Made by a program: the position numbers and the translations under genes. 64,000 bases of DNA from Candidatus Thiodiazotropha sp. (ex Monitilora ramsayi) (GTDB taxonomy: Bacteria > Pseudomonadota > Gammaproteobacteria > Chromatiales > Chromatiaceae), in contig JAHXIP010000009.1 of NCBI GenBank assembly GCA_025655575.1, forward strand, positions 7,500-71,499, read 5' to 3'. The notes under the pieces were generated by a model, which was not told where the DNA came from, did no database searches, and saw only the letters and a list, made by a program, of their open reading frames with translations. Below, one piece after another: positions 51,101 through 61,857 of the stretch (its first letter is position 1; every line of letters begins with the position of its first letter).

Positions 51101-52090
51101 ATGAGCCGAAGTAACGCTGAACTACAACTCGATGAAGCGGGGCGACTGCTCCACTTCCTCACCATTGATGGTCTTGGCAGGGAGATGCTGACCGAGATAC
51201 TCGACACCGCCGAAGGCTTCACCGGGGTCTCGGAACGTACCATCAAGAAGGTCCCGCTATGTCGCGGCAAGGTGGTGGCGAATCTCTTCTTCGAAACCAG
51301 CACCCGCACCCGTACCACCTTCGAATTGGCTGCCAAGCGTCTCTCAGCCGACGTACTCAATCTCAACATCAGTGCTTCGGCCACATCCAAGGGTGAGACC
51401 CTACTGGACACCTTACGAAACCTGGAAGCAATGCACGTCGACATGTTCGTCGTACGCCATGCCAGTACCGGCGCCGCCCACTTTATCGCCCAACATGCCG
51501 ACAGAGGCGTCGGCGTCATCAATGCCGGTGACGGTCGTCACGCCCACCCCACCCAGGCGATGCTCGATATGTTCACCATCCGCCGGCACAAGAGCGAGTT
51601 CGTCGGCCTGCGGGTGGCCATTGTGGGAGATATTCTCCATTCGCGGGTGGCGCGTTCCCAGATCCTGGCACTCAACAGCCTCGGCGTCTCCGAGGTCCGC
51701 GTAGTAGCACCCAGAACCCTGCTGCCGGCTGACGCCCGCAGTCTGGGCGTGCATGTCTATCATGATATGGATGAGGGTATCCGCGACGTGGATGTCATCA
51801 TCATGCTGCGGCTGCAGAAAGAGCGCATGAAAGGCGCACTACTGCCCTCCGAGCATGAGTATTTCAGCCTCTTTGGTCTCACTGAGCGACGACTTGCACT
51901 GGCCGACTCCGAGGCTATTGTCATGCATCCCGGACCGATCAACCGCGGCGTGGAGATGGACTCCCAGGTGGCCGACGGATCCAAATCGGTGATTCTGCAA
52001 CAGGTGAGCTACGGCATTGCTATCCGCATGGCGGTCATCTCCATGGTCATCGGTACCCAGAACCTTCGCATGCAGGATGTGGCGGTATGA
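51101..52090 (+). CDS. pyrB: Aspartate carbamoyltransferase catalytic subunit
   Basis: [44 protein letters not shown]. Confidence 0.97.
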   Translation: MSRSNAELQLDEAGRLLHFLTIDGLGREMLTEILDTAEGFTGVSERTIKKVPLCRGKVVANLFFETSTRTRTTFELAAKRLSADVLNLNISASATSKGETLLDTLRNLEAMHVDMFVVRHASTGAAHFIAQHADRGVGVINAGDGRHAHPTQAMLDMFTIRRHKSEFVGLRVAIVGDILHSRVARSQILALNSLGVSEVRVVAPRTLLPADARSLGVHVYHDMDEGIRDVDVIIMLRLQKERMKGALLPSEHEYFSLFGLTERRLALADSEAIVMHPGPINRGVEMDSQVADGSKSVILQQVSYGIAIRMAVISMVIGTQNLRMQDVAV

Positions 52091-53385
52091 AAAAGAAGAA
52101 AAATATCAGCATCCTGGGCGGCCGGGTGATCGATCCGGCCAATGGCATCGACCGGGTTATGGATCTGCATATCGCAAGCGGCAAGATCCTCGCAGTGGGC
52201 GAGACCCCTGAAGGTTTTCAACCCGACCAGACCATCGACGCGACCGGCCAGGTTGTCTGCCCCGGCATCATCGATCTCTGTGCTCACCTGCGTGAGCCCG
52301 GCGCTGAACACAAGGCCACGATCGCCAGTGAGACTGCCGCTGCTACCAGTGGTGGTATCACCACACTCTGCTGTCCGCCCGACACCCTCCCCGTGATCGA
52401 CACACCGGCGGTTACCGGTCAGATCCGTCACAAAGCCCGCAAGGCAGGCTTCTGCAGACTTCTGCCCCAGGGTGCAGTGACCCATGACCTGGACGGTTCA
52501 AGATTGAGCGAGATGGCTGCCTTAAAATCAGCCGGCTGTGTCGCCGTCACCAATGCCTACACCCCACTGGCCAATACGCTGGTGCAACGACGGGCCATGG
52601 AATATGCAGCCACCTTCGGCCTATTGACCATCATCCGACCGGAAGACCAGTATCTGAGCAATCACGGCTGTGCCCACGAAGGTAGAGTGGCTGATCGCAT
52701 GGGACTGCTTGGTATCCCCGAGGCGGCGGAGACCGTCGCCGTTGCCCGTGATCTGGCATTGGCTGAAACCACCGGCGCGGTCATCCATTTTCATACCCTC
52801 TCCAGCGCCAGCGCCGCCCGCACCATGGCTTGGGCCAAGCGGGAGGGCAGGAGCGTCAGTGCCGACGTCGCGATCCACCAACTGCATCTCACAGAGATGG
52901 ATCTGGAGGGTTTCGACAGCAACTTTCATGTACGCCCACCCTTGCGCACCGACACCGACCGGGATGGCCTGAGAGATGCCGTGGCAAATAACGTCATTCA
53001 GGTGATATGTTCCGACCATCAACCCCACGAAGCAGATGCCAAGGCCGCACCTTTCCCCGATACCGAACCCGGCATTTCCGGACTGGAAACGCTGCTGCCG
53101 CTGACGCTCAAGCTGGTGGAGCAAGATGTCATGGACCTGAGTAACGCCATTGCCAGACTGACCTGTGGTCCGGCAGAGATACTGGGCTTGCCACTGGGCA
53201 CACTGTCTCCCGGTCGTGCGGCGGACATCTGTATCTACGATCCCGAGCAACGCTGGTTTGTTGAAGCTGACGCGCTTCTCAGCAGGGGGAAAAATACACC
53301 ATTTCAGGGCTGGGAGATGCCTGCCCGCGTTACCCACACACTGCTCAAAGGCCGACTGGTCTACAGCCTTGCAATAAACGAATAA
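52087..53385 (+). CDS. pyrC: Dihydroorotase-like protein, probably inactive PyrC'
   Basis: Amidohydrolase fold (PGIIDL, REPG, RPPLR, SDHQPH), but HxH reads CAH and the DDG segment reads NAY. Confidence 0.85.
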   Translation: MKKKKNISILGGRVIDPANGIDRVMDLHIASGKILAVGETPEGFQPDQTIDATGQVVCPGIIDLCAHLREPGAEHKATIASETAAATSGGITTLCCPPDTLPVIDTPAVTGQIRHKARKAGFCRLLPQGAVTHDLDGSRLSEMAALKSAGCVAVTNAYTPLANTLVQRRAMEYAATFGLLTIIRPEDQYLSNHGCAHEGRVADRMGLLGIPEAAETVAVARDLALAETTGAVIHFHTLSSASAARTMAWAKREGRSVSADVAIHQLHLTEMDLEGFDSNFHVRPPLRTDTDRDGLRDAVANNVIQVICSDHQPHEADAKAAPFPDTEPGISGLETLLPLTLKLVEQDVMDLSNAIARLTCGPAEILGLPLGTLSPGRAADICIYDPEQRWFVEADALLSRGKNTPFQGWEMPARVTHTLLKGRLVYSLAINE

Positions 53386-53390
53386 CACCC

Positions 53391-54260
53391 ATGAACAAAC
53401 CCCATCGCGACACGATCTTTCTCGAGGATGCGGACATCCTTTCCCACCAGGCTTTCGAGGGCGATCAGTTCGTCATGAGACTGCTGGCGCCTCACTGTGC
53501 TCAGAAGGCCCAACCTGGCAGTTTCGTACATATCACCTGTGATCCCCAGCTACCTATGCGGCGGCCAATATCGATCATGCGCGTCTCAGCCGAAGAGGGC
53601 TGGGTCGATCTACTCTATAAGCGGGTTGGGCGGGGTACGACCCTGCTCGCAAAACGCCAGGCGGGTGAGAAAGTCAGCCTCATGGGGCCTATCGGCAAAC
53701 CTTTCTCACCCTCCCCCGAGTGTGACAAGCCGTTGCTGATTGGTGGTGGGGTCGGGATGCCACCGATGATCTTCCTCGCTGACGCGTTACGCAAGGAAGC
53801 AGGTAAAGAACCGATGGTCATCCTCGGCTCAGAGGTCCCTTTTCCATTTAAACCTGCCCCATCCCGCATCATGGTACCGGGTATACCGAAAGGTGTGATT
53901 GCCGCCATGCCACTACTCGATGACTGGGAAATTCCCAGCCGGCTGGCAAGTCTGCAAGATTTTCCCGGCTGTTTTGAGGGGTACGTTACCGACCTGGCGC
54001 GTCATTGGATCGATGCGTTGGATATGACTGCTCGAAAATCTGTTGAGATCTTTGCCTGCGGACCTCACCCAATGCTAGAAGCGGTAGCCGCACTGGCCAA
54101 AGCGTACGATATTCCCTGTCAGGTCTCTCTGGAGGAGTTTATGGCCTGCGCCGTGGGTGGTTGTGCCGGCTGTGTCGTGGAGGTGGAAACACCCGAGGGA
54201 CCGGCCATGAAACGTGTCTGTGTAGACGGCCCGGTATTCGATGCGCGTCAGGTCTTCTAA
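53391..54260 (+). CDS. pyrK: Dihydroorotate dehydrogenase electron transfer subunit
   Basis: RRPISI, GPIGKPF, GGGVGMPP, CGP.PML; [2Fe-2S] motif CAVGGCAGC...RVCVDGPVF. Confidence 0.9.
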   Translation: MNKPHRDTIFLEDADILSHQAFEGDQFVMRLLAPHCAQKAQPGSFVHITCDPQLPMRRPISIMRVSAEEGWVDLLYKRVGRGTTLLAKRQAGEKVSLMGPIGKPFSPSPECDKPLLIGGGVGMPPMIFLADALRKEAGKEPMVILGSEVPFPFKPAPSRIMVPGIPKGVIAAMPLLDDWEIPSRLASLQDFPGCFEGYVTDLARHWIDALDMTARKSVEIFACGPHPMLEAVAALAKAYDIPCQVSLEEFMACAVGGCAGCVVEVETPEGPAMKRVCVDGPVFDARQVF

Positions 54261-54279
54261 AGCATTGCGGACGAATTAA

Positions 54280-54834
54280 TCACATCCGCCAACCTTTGTT
54301 CCGCGCCTTGTTGGTCCAGACCCAAACATAGAGTCCACCACTGACCAGGGTCGTCACCCCAGTGGCCAGCGTTAGCCCCTGCAGTAGGATTTGCGGTAGG
54401 GGAAGGGGTCCGGCATCGGTCACCACCAACAGAACCAGCATGATCTGAAACAGGGTATTGAGTTTGCTGATGAGACTCGGATTGGCATCCACTTCTTCCA
54501 CGCTGTAGTGGTAGTAAAGTGCGCCGCCCATAATGGTCAGATCACGAAAAATAACCAATATCACCAGCCATACCGGGATCAGGCCCAGCCCTCCGAGGAC
54601 CAGAAAAGAGCTCATCAGCAGTGCTTTGTCCGCCAACGGATCGAGCAGACCGCCCAGGTGGCTCTGCCAGTTAAAGCGTTTGGCAAGGAAACCGTCCAGC
54701 CCATCAGAAAAGCCGGCTACCGCGAAAAGCATCAGGGCGTAGGAGAACTCGCGCTCGAACAACAACCAGACGATAGGCAGCGTCAGGAGTATCCTCAGAA
54801 AGCTGATCAGATTGGGTATATCACGCGCATTCAT
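54280..54834 (-). CDS. CDP-alcohol phosphatidyltransferase
   Basis: IPNLIS..R, SDGLDGFLAK, GGLLDPLADK. Confidence 0.92.
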   Translation of the reverse strand: MNARDIPNLISFLRILLTLPIVWLLFEREFSYALMLFAVAGFSDGLDGFLAKRFNWQSHLGGLLDPLADKALLMSSFLVLGGLGLIPVWLVILVIFRDLTIMGGALYYHYSVEEVDANPSLISKLNTLFQIMLVLLVVTDAGPLPLPQILLQGLTLATGVTTLVSGGLYVWVWTNKARNKGWRM

Positions 54835-55949
54835 TAACGTAGACGATAGTTGAGACTCTCGCCCTCCAGCTCTACCGGTACCGTGTTATCTTCCGTCACA
54901 GTCGGTTCCTGCGCCAACACAGGTTCCAGAACCGCTCCCAACTGAATGCCCCGCTCAAGCACCTCGCGGCTACCCTGCACTTTGGCCAGAAAACTGACGT
55001 TATCCGGGTCGGCCGCAAGCAGGTCCAACTGCTCGATCATGGCCAGTGATTGCAGGTAGTCTTTGACCAAAACATAGTTGGAGAGCTGGCTGAGTCCATG
55101 GATACGTATCCGCAATGTCGTACTCCCTTCACTCACCTGCTGTGGTGCAAAGCGCAAAGCCAATGCATCTGCCGCCTGCTGCAATCCCTCATTCAACAAT
55201 CCATACTTACTGTTGGCGCGTGTCTGCCAGCGATTGACTCTATCCGGCAGGTAGAGGGTCCACTCCCCCTGCCAGTCTTTTCCACCATGCCCGCGTAGAC
55301 GCCCCACCAGGATAACATCCGGCAGGTAACGGGTTGAGGCGCGGCGGATATCCGTCTCGAAACCACCCCAGAGATCACTAACCGGCAGCGCGGCGCGATC
55401 CTCCATATCCATCAAAGGAAGTAGCACCGGTAACCCCCGATCATTTGCCGCATGCTTGACCATGCGCTTTAGCTGGGGTTGCCGCTCTAATGAAACCAGG
55501 CTGCGACGCGTTCCAGATTCCTCACCCAGCCAAATCAATACAGAAGGCCGTGTCGTACCCCAAACCGGTACACCACTCTGGCGTAGCAGCCGGTTGACTG
55601 CCCGCTCGTCGAAGCGCGCCCAGAGTATACGGTCCGGTTGGTCGGCATCGGGCTCCGCTGACTTATCATCCAACATACGGTAGCGATACTGCTGCACATA
55701 GCTCGAAGCCTTACGTAACAATCCATCGATCTCAGGATTGGACAACAGACTGCGGTCACCGCTCACTTTCACTAAAACCTGCGCAAAGGCATTTTTTATA
55801 CCCTTGGCCCGGGCTTCGGTACCCTGTCCCACCACGGCTGACTCTGCCTCATAGAGATTGTCAACCTGCTCAGCCTGCACACTCTGCCAAAAAAGCAGGG
55901 GCGCCAGGAGTAACCAGCAATAGTGTGGAAAACTTCTTCTATCAATCAT
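54834..55949 (-). CDS. DUF2066 domain protein
   Basis: Signal peptide, LY.A...V, VLVKVSG, YVQQYRY, RPSVLIWL, RG.P..LPLMD; typical position divergent from purM. Confidence 0.8.
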   Translation of the reverse strand: MIDRRSFPHYCWLLLAPLLFWQSVQAEQVDNLYEAESAVVGQGTEARAKGIKNAFAQVLVKVSGDRSLLSNPEIDGLLRKASSYVQQYRYRMLDDKSAEPDADQPDRILWARFDERAVNRLLRQSGVPVWGTTRPSVLIWLGEESGTRRSLVSLERQPQLKRMVKHAANDRGLPVLLPLMDMEDRAALPVSDLWGGFETDIRRASTRYLPDVILVGRLRGHGGKDWQGEWTLYLPDRVNRWQTRANSKYGLLNEGLQQAADALALRFAPQQVSEGSTTLRIRIHGLSQLSNYVLVKDYLQSLAMIEQLDLLAADPDNVSFLAKVQGSREVLERGIQLGAVLEPVLAQEPTVTEDNTVPVELEGESLNYRLR

Positions 55950-56099
55950 GGCAAGCCACTTCTAAGTAAGATCAACGGAGAATCTTAACTCGCCGGCTGA
56001 CAGGATGAAAATTTTACGCACAGATTTGACGAATGTTTCTAATCACAATGCCTATACCTGTGATTATGGAATAAAAGATTTTTCCCTTTGGGCTGGTTC

Positions 56100-56113
56100 G
56101 GGCCTGTTAACAC
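56100..56113 (+). repeat. 14-bp half copy of the 7996-8035 palindrome arm
   Basis: GGGCCTGTTAACAC is identical to 7998-8011. Confidence 0.5.
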
Positions 56114-56231
56114 CCGCTCGATTCTCGCCGCCATTCACACAATTTGCTGCCCGCCGGACCACGCCACACGGGGATTCTTCTGTTAGAATCGCGTTTCGAA
56201 TTCATCCCAGCCAATGCCGGAGTATTTTTCT

Positions 56232-57305
56232 GTGGAGCAAGAGCCCAAAGACAGACAGACAACCTCTCTCAGTTACCGGGATGCCGGTGTAGACATCGAC
56301 GCTGGAAATGCCCTGATCGAGCGCATCAAACCGATCGTCAAACAGACCTTCCGGCCGGGTGTACTGACCGGGTTAGGCGGTTTCGGCGCGCTATTCGAGC
56401 TGCCCCTAGACCGTTATAAAGAGCCGGTACTGGTCTCTGGCACAGACGGTGTCGGCACCAAGCTCAAGCTGGCCCTGGAACTCAACCGACATGACACCAT
56501 CGGTATCGATCTGGTTGCCATGTGTGTCAACGATATAGTGGTCGCGGGCGCGGAACCGCTCTTTTTTCTCGACTACTACGCCACCGGGCGCCTGGATGTG
56601 GACGTGGCGGCCGATGTCATCAAGGGCATTGCCAAGGGTTGTGAGCTTTCAGGGGCTGCGCTCACCGGCGGTGAAACTGCTGAGATGCCCGGCATATACA
56701 GCGAAGGCGACTATGATCTGGCCGGTTTTTGTGTCGGCATTGCAGAGAAAAGCCACCTGATTCAACCGGATCGCGTACAGAGCGGGGATGTGCTGATTGG
56801 CCTCGCCGCTTCCGGCCCCCACTCCAACGGTTACTCCCTGATCCGCAAGATTCTCCAAGTCAATGACAGTGATTTGTCACAACCGATGGGCAACACCACC
56901 CTGGGTGACGCTCTATTGGAGCCGACCCGCATCTATGTCAAATCCCTGCTGCAACTGATGCAACAAGTGGAGATTCATGCCCTCGCTCATATCACCGGCG
57001 GCGGTTTACCGGAAAACCTGCCAAGAGTCCTGCCCGAGGGATGCAAAGCTGTGATCGACAGTGACAGTTGGCAACTCCCAGCGGTCTTTACCTGGTTGCA
57101 GTCCCAAGGGGGAGTAACCAACAGCGAACTGCTGCGCACCTTCAACTGTGGCGTCGGCATGGTGATTTGTGTTTCTGAAGCCGATGCAGCCCGTACGATT
57201 GAGAGTCTCAATGCCCTGGGTGAAACCGCTTGGCGACTGGGCAGTATCGAAACCGCACCGGGGGAAGAGACACCTGGCGTGGAAATCCTTGGGCCGCTTG
57301 CATGA
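56232..57305 (+). CDS. purM: Phosphoribosylformylglycinamidine cyclo-ligase
   Basis: [49 protein letters not shown]. Confidence 0.97.
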   Translation: MEQEPKDRQTTSLSYRDAGVDIDAGNALIERIKPIVKQTFRPGVLTGLGGFGALFELPLDRYKEPVLVSGTDGVGTKLKLALELNRHDTIGIDLVAMCVNDIVVAGAEPLFFLDYYATGRLDVDVAADVIKGIAKGCELSGAALTGGETAEMPGIYSEGDYDLAGFCVGIAEKSHLIQPDRVQSGDVLIGLAASGPHSNGYSLIRKILQVNDSDLSQPMGNTTLGDALLEPTRIYVKSLLQLMQQVEIHALAHITGGGLPENLPRVLPEGCKAVIDSDSWQLPAVFTWLQSQGGVTNSELLRTFNCGVGMVICVSEADAARTIESLNALGETAWRLGSIETAPGEETPGVEILGPLA

Positions 57306-57970
57306 CACTCGAGCAGCGACTCCCGGTCGTCGTCCTGATTTCCGGCAGCGGCACCAATTTGCAGGCGATCATCGATCGGGCCGGTACGGATTTACCTATT
57401 GAAATCCGCGCAGTTATCAGTAACCGACCCGGGGTTTTCGGCCTGCAACGCGCTGAGTCTGCGGGTATCGAGACCGCAGTGCTGGATCACAAGACCTTTG
57501 CCGACCGGGAGAGTTACGACTTGGCCCTGATCGAGCTGATCGACAGCTACCAGCCGGAGTTGGTGGCACTGGCGGGCTTCATGCGTATCCTGACACCTGC
57601 CTTTGTGCGTCACTATGCGGGCCGCCTGTTCAATATCCACCCCTCTCTACTACCGAAATATCGAGGCCTGCATACCCATCAACGCGCCTTGGACGCCGGA
57701 GACTCTCTGCATGGCGCCACCATTCACTTCGTGACTGAAGAGCTGGACGGCGGCCCGCTGATCGTGCAGGCACAGGTCCCGGTGCAGCCGGAAGACGATG
57801 CCGACCGGCTTGCTGAGCGGGTACTGCAGAAGGAACATCAGATCTATCCGCTGGCCATCCGATGGTTCGCGGAGGAACGACTCAAACTGGACGAGGAAGG
57901 TCATGTCAAATTGGACGACAAATGCTTACAGGGGCCGGTGGTTTACGCTGACCATGAACCTATCGGGTAG
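57302..57970 (+). CDS. purN: Phosphoribosylglycinamide formyltransferase
   Basis: [34 protein letters not shown]...LDGGP; ATGA overlap with the purM stop. Confidence 0.97.
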   Translation: MTLEQRLPVVVLISGSGTNLQAIIDRAGTDLPIEIRAVISNRPGVFGLQRAESAGIETAVLDHKTFADRESYDLALIELIDSYQPELVALAGFMRILTPAFVRHYAGRLFNIHPSLLPKYRGLHTHQRALDAGDSLHGATIHFVTEELDGGPLIVQAQVPVQPEDDADRLAERVLQKEHQIYPLAIRWFAEERLKLDEEGHVKLDDKCLQGPVVYADHEPIG

Positions 57971-58709
57971 ATTCACCCTATTCGGCAACCGATCAGCCCC
58001 CGGCTGGTGGCTGAGCATGGGGATCATATTCTTGTGTTTCTCTCCGGCAGCCAACTCAGATTCCATTTTCAAACCCTTCTCTGCCTCATTCAATGTCTAT
58101 CGCAGCGCCATTCCTCTGGGTGAGTTGGAACTAAAATTCAACCTCTCGGAGGATGGGCGCTATTTCTATCATGCCCACACCAAGCCAGGGCTATTGGCCG
58201 GTCTATTCTCCGGTGACGAGATTGTGGAGGAGAGTCATGGCAGACTGAAGCCGCAGGGGCTCATACCCGAACGCTACCTCTACCAGCAGGATGATGGTGA
58301 TGAAGAGCATACCCAGGTTCTCTTCGACTGGCCTGAGAGGAAAGTACATACCACCAGCAAAGGCGTCACCTGGTCACAGCCGATCGAGCCCGGCACACAG
58401 GACAGACTCAGCCAGCAACTGATGGTCAGGCTGCACCTGGCGCAAGGCAGTGACGACCTGGAGTATGAGGTCGCTGATGGCGGTAAGATCAAACATTACC
58501 GATTTCAGGTGGTGAGCCGGGAAACCGTCAAAACACCTTATGGAAAACTCAACTGCCTGAGGGTGGAGCGAAGCAAAGAGTCCCGCCCACCGGACTACAC
58601 AATCTGGTTTGCCACGGAACTCGACTATCTACCGGTCCGCATTGAACGCAAACAATCGAGCGGTCACTACCGGATGGTGCTGGATGAGTTGAAGGGGTTT
58701 GAGTTTTGA
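57954..58709 (+). CDS. DUF3108 family exported protein
   Basis: Signal-like segment, DRLS..L.VR, YRF, V.TPYG.L.C, IWFA.ELDYLPV.I; typical position after purN. Confidence 0.75.
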   Translation: MNLSGRFTLFGNRSAPGWWLSMGIIFLCFSPAANSDSIFKPFSASFNVYRSAIPLGELELKFNLSEDGRYFYHAHTKPGLLAGLFSGDEIVEESHGRLKPQGLIPERYLYQQDDGDEEHTQVLFDWPERKVHTTSKGVTWSQPIEPGTQDRLSQQLMVRLHLAQGSDDLEYEVADGGKIKHYRFQVVSRETVKTPYGKLNCLRVERSKESRPPDYTIWFATELDYLPVRIERKQSSGHYRMVLDELKGFEF

Positions 58710-58732
58710 GTTTTGAGTTTTGAGTTTTTGAG
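58698..58732 (+). repeat. Heptamer tandem repeat (TTTTGAG), about 5 copies
   Basis: TTTGAG TTTTGAG TTTTGAG TTTTGAG TTTTTGAG, spanning the DUF3108 stop codon. Confidence 0.85.
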
Positions 58733-58813
58733 AGCCTAGATACAATATTTCATTGTGTAAGGCTCAATCTGGACAACCGTTGGTGTAGGGTGCGGCCCTG
58801 CCAAACAATCCGA

Positions 58814-59335
58814 TTAATCCGCACAACGCAAAAAGAGACTCATTACCTTTTTGAAAAAGCCCCCGGGCGCAACGGTGATCTGGGCATTGTCGATGTTGAT
58901 TTCATCCAGCGCATATCCGGTCACCTCAACACCCGCCTCCCGGTACATCTCGGTGGACAACTTGAGGTCATCGGCCCAGCGGGAGAGAAAATCCTCGCTG
59001 GGTGAAATATAGACGATACGTCCCACCTCCTCCTGGATCAGTTTGGAGGCACAACGCGGGCAGGGGGGATGGGTCACATAGACGGTGCAGCCGGTGAGAT
59101 CCCGCTTGGCGAAGATCATGGCGTTCTCTTCGGCGTGGATGGTCAGATTGAGTTTGCAGGCCCGGTCGTCGAGCCGCTCCGTCTTGTCCTCCACACCGGC
59201 GGCGAAACCATTGTAACCAAGAGAGACGATGCGGTTACCGTCAGTAATCACCGCACCCACCTGAGAAGAGGGATCCTTACTCCAGGCCGATATATGTGCT
59301 GCCAGCCCGAGGAATCGGGTATCCCACTTGGTCAT
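58814..59335 (-). CDS. dCMP deaminase family protein
   Basis: SKDPSSQVGA, GYNG, HAEEN, PCPRC zinc motif. Confidence 0.9.
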   Translation of the reverse strand: MTKWDTRFLGLAAHISAWSKDPSSQVGAVITDGNRIVSLGYNGFAAGVEDKTERLDDRACKLNLTIHAEENAMIFAKRDLTGCTVYVTHPPCPRCASKLIQEEVGRIVYISPSEDFLSRWADDLKLSTEMYREAGVEVTGYALDEINIDNAQITVAPGGFFKKVMSLFLRCAD

Positions 59336-59679
59336 CAGGCCTGGCTTTCGCTCTGCTCCGATGACTTCGCAGCCGCCTCTTCCATCATCTTCTTGAGCTC
59401 ACCGCTCTCATGCATCTCCAGTGTGATATCGCAGCCGCCCACCAGCTCTCCCTCAATGTAGACCTGGGGAAAGGTCGGCCAATCGGCAAAGCGGGGAAGA
59501 TTCTCGAAAATCTCCGGATCCGACAACACATTGACGTAGGCAAAGGGAACGCCACACTCCTGTAGCGCAGCAGCAGCCCTTGAGGAGAAGCCACACATGG
59601 GAAACTGCGGAGTACCTTTCATATAGATAACCACGGGATTGTTTTCTACCTGCTCCCGAATTCGATCCAGAACATCCAT
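59335..59679 (-). CDS. grxD: Monothiol glutaredoxin Grx4
   Basis: YMKGTPQFPMCGFS, WPTFPQ, GGCDI. Confidence 0.96.
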   Translation of the reverse strand: MDVLDRIREQVENNPVVIYMKGTPQFPMCGFSSRAAAALQECGVPFAYVNVLSDPEIFENLPRFADWPTFPQVYIEGELVGGCDITLEMHESGELKKMMEEAAAKSSEQSESQA

Positions 59680-60080
59680 CGCAAATTACCTCTTAAACTG
59701 TTGTCGTGCGTACATGGGGGTGAATCCCCGAAGAATCAAACACAACGTAATGGTGAGAATTCTAACTCATGCGCCAGAGGAAATAACCCACATTAGGATA
59801 AGCTAATCATTCAATTCTCCTCTGGTGAAATATTTGACAGAAGATCGGGGATTCAGTTTTTGACAAAGCCCCGCCCGCCCAGACCTCCCATCACATGGCC
59901 CAGCACGCTCTTTGTCGGATAATTTTACAATAACTGACTGAAATAATTATATTTTTAGTCTATCTTTACAGCATTATTGAGGCAAAAAAGGGCTGTCAGG
60001 CAAACGGCAACGGCATCGGTCATTCAATGAGATTCCCAATAACAGCTAATCCAAGTGGCCATGCAACTCCAGAATAGTTA

Positions 60081-60719
60081 GTGAGATCTATGGACCTCGA
60101 CACCCCAACACAAAAAATAAAGCAGCGTCGTTCCATGTTTGAACAGCATATCGGTTTCAAACTCGATGCCATTATGCAGCAGATTCTCAATGCGAGAGAC
60201 AGCTATACCAGCAAGCACTGCGAGCGGGTACTCTCACTTGCCGAGGCAATAGGACATAAACTGCAGCTGAACGAGCATGAGATGGTGGTTTTGACACTAT
60301 CGGCGGGATTCCACGATATCGGCAAGATAGGTATACCTGACCACATTCTCTTAAAACCGGGAAAACTCGAACCCCAAGAGTACGAGATCATCAAAACCCA
60401 TCCTCAGATCGGCGCCAATATCCTGCGCAGTCTTGGCAACCCGCTGCTCGACGAGGTCGCAGAGTGCATCCTGCACCACCACGAATATTGGGACGGTAGC
60501 GGCTATCCCGGTGGATTGTCCCGTGAACAAATCCCTCTGATCAGCCAAATCATATCCGTGGTGGATGCCTATGACGCCATGACCACCACTCGTACCTATC
60601 GCGCCGGCGCAACGCAGGAGGAAGCGCTGAAGGTCATTCAGAAAGGGAGCGGGAAGCACTTCTGTCCAAACATCGTGGATGTGCTGACAAAGCTTTCTCA
60701 TGAAATAGCAGCCGGCTGA
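60081..60719 (+). CDS. HD-GYP domain c-di-GMP phosphodiesterase
   Basis: FHDIGKIGIPD.IL.KPG.L, HP.IG, HHEYWDGSGYP, DAYDAMT..R.Y. Confidence 0.92.
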   Translation: MRSMDLDTPTQKIKQRRSMFEQHIGFKLDAIMQQILNARDSYTSKHCERVLSLAEAIGHKLQLNEHEMVVLTLSAGFHDIGKIGIPDHILLKPGKLEPQEYEIIKTHPQIGANILRSLGNPLLDEVAECILHHHEYWDGSGYPGGLSREQIPLISQIISVVDAYDAMTTTRTYRAGATQEEALKVIQKGSGKHFCPNIVDVLTKLSHEIAAG

Positions 60720-61449
60720 GATAGCGCCACCCGCACGATAAGAATCCCTTCACCACTTTCGAAACAACCCACAGTCGCTCCATAAACACCCTCCCATATC
60801 GAGAGATGGTTGGGTGAGGAAAAAAAACGACACCCTTGTTCCAGATCAATATGACCCGTCGAGCCTTTGCAAATCGCCAGCTATGGGGGAATTCATTCCG
60901 CTGTTGATACTAAAAAATATCGTCGATGGCCCCCAAAAACTCACCGTCGACTTAAAGAGAGTCGGTGTTGGCATGAACTACCCGTTGTGTCTAAAAAAGA
61001 GTCATTATTGAATCTGAGAGAGTCTCTGCTGACAAAAAATCGATCAATCGAGAATTCCGACAAGTCTCCCTGGCGTCATTTTTAATCACCTGTGACGAAA
61101 ATAGGGTAGAGAGCGAGTAGAAAGTGGATGGCAACTGACCTCTGACTCACTTAGGGATAGCTCAAGGAGACTCATTCCCAACATCATCGGATCTTAGTTA
61201 GGAAATAGATAGGCAAAGGCGGCTCATGTAGAAAAACGCCTACAGACAACAGTCAATCGATCCGGCATCTTTCTGGCGCCAAAGAAAGGCCATTGAAAAT
61301 CATATGCAAGTGGCGTTTCATATGGATACTAAGTATTTCACAGGCCATACTATAGCCATGTATATACAGAGAACTTTCAGCAGTATTATGCAATATTCCT
61401 GCTGGCGGTATATCACGATAATTGTACTGGCTATATATCAGACTGCCAG

Positions 61450-61764
61450 GTGCATATAATGATCTTCGCTGAAATGGTGTACCAAGGACACTATTCAGAG
61501 TTCCACGAAGAGTTGGTCGAGTTTATTAATTCCAAATACTCGAAAGTGGAAAGTGGGCTTCAGGGAGATTCCTGGATATGGATATTTAATGACAATTGTA
61601 AAGTGGCTATTGATACATTTTCATCAATGAAACATCAAATCAAATGCGATACGTTCGACTGCCCGTTAGTAAATAGCCTGATAAACACATTATCGGATAG
61701 ATACAATCTGAATATCTATACTTCGCCGGAACCAGAGCCGCATGAAGATTTACACAGTATCTGA
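61450..61764 (+). CDS. Hypothetical protein (putative gene cassette)
   Basis: AT-richer ORF whose stop overlaps an attC-like site; likely start is ATG 61459. Confidence 0.7.
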   Translation: MHIMIFAEMVYQGHYSEFHEELVEFINSKYSKVESGLQGDSWIWIFNDNCKVAIDTFSSMKHQIKCDTFDCPLVNSLINTLSDRYNLNIYTSPEPEPHEDLHSI

Positions 61765-61838
61765 TAACCACATCAAGCTCACTCATTCCCACCCGCAGGA
61801 CGCTGCTACCTCGACACCCCTTATGTAAAACGTTATGC
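61762..61838 (+). mobile_element. Degenerate integron attC-like site 1
   Basis: R'' TGATAAC and R' GTTATGC; ACAT(C)AAG pairs with CTTATGT leaving an extrahelical C; the left spacer is about 3 nt short. Confidence 0.6.
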
Positions 61839-61857
61839 ATATCAATATTGAGATCAT

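Noticed and set aside
56041-56065. AATCACA-N11-TGTGATT inverted repeat in the DUF2066/purM promoter
   Set aside because: It does not match the PurR or CRP consensus, and 7-bp arms alone are weak evidence.
59980-60060. c-di-GMP-I riboswitch upstream of the HD-GYP gene (GGCAAAC seen)
   Set aside because: The GAAA tetraloop stem and GACGCAAAGC elements are missing.
60720-61449. Integron integrase remnant
   Set aside because: No RHSFATH, LLGH or other tyrosine recombinase motif in the frames I translated.
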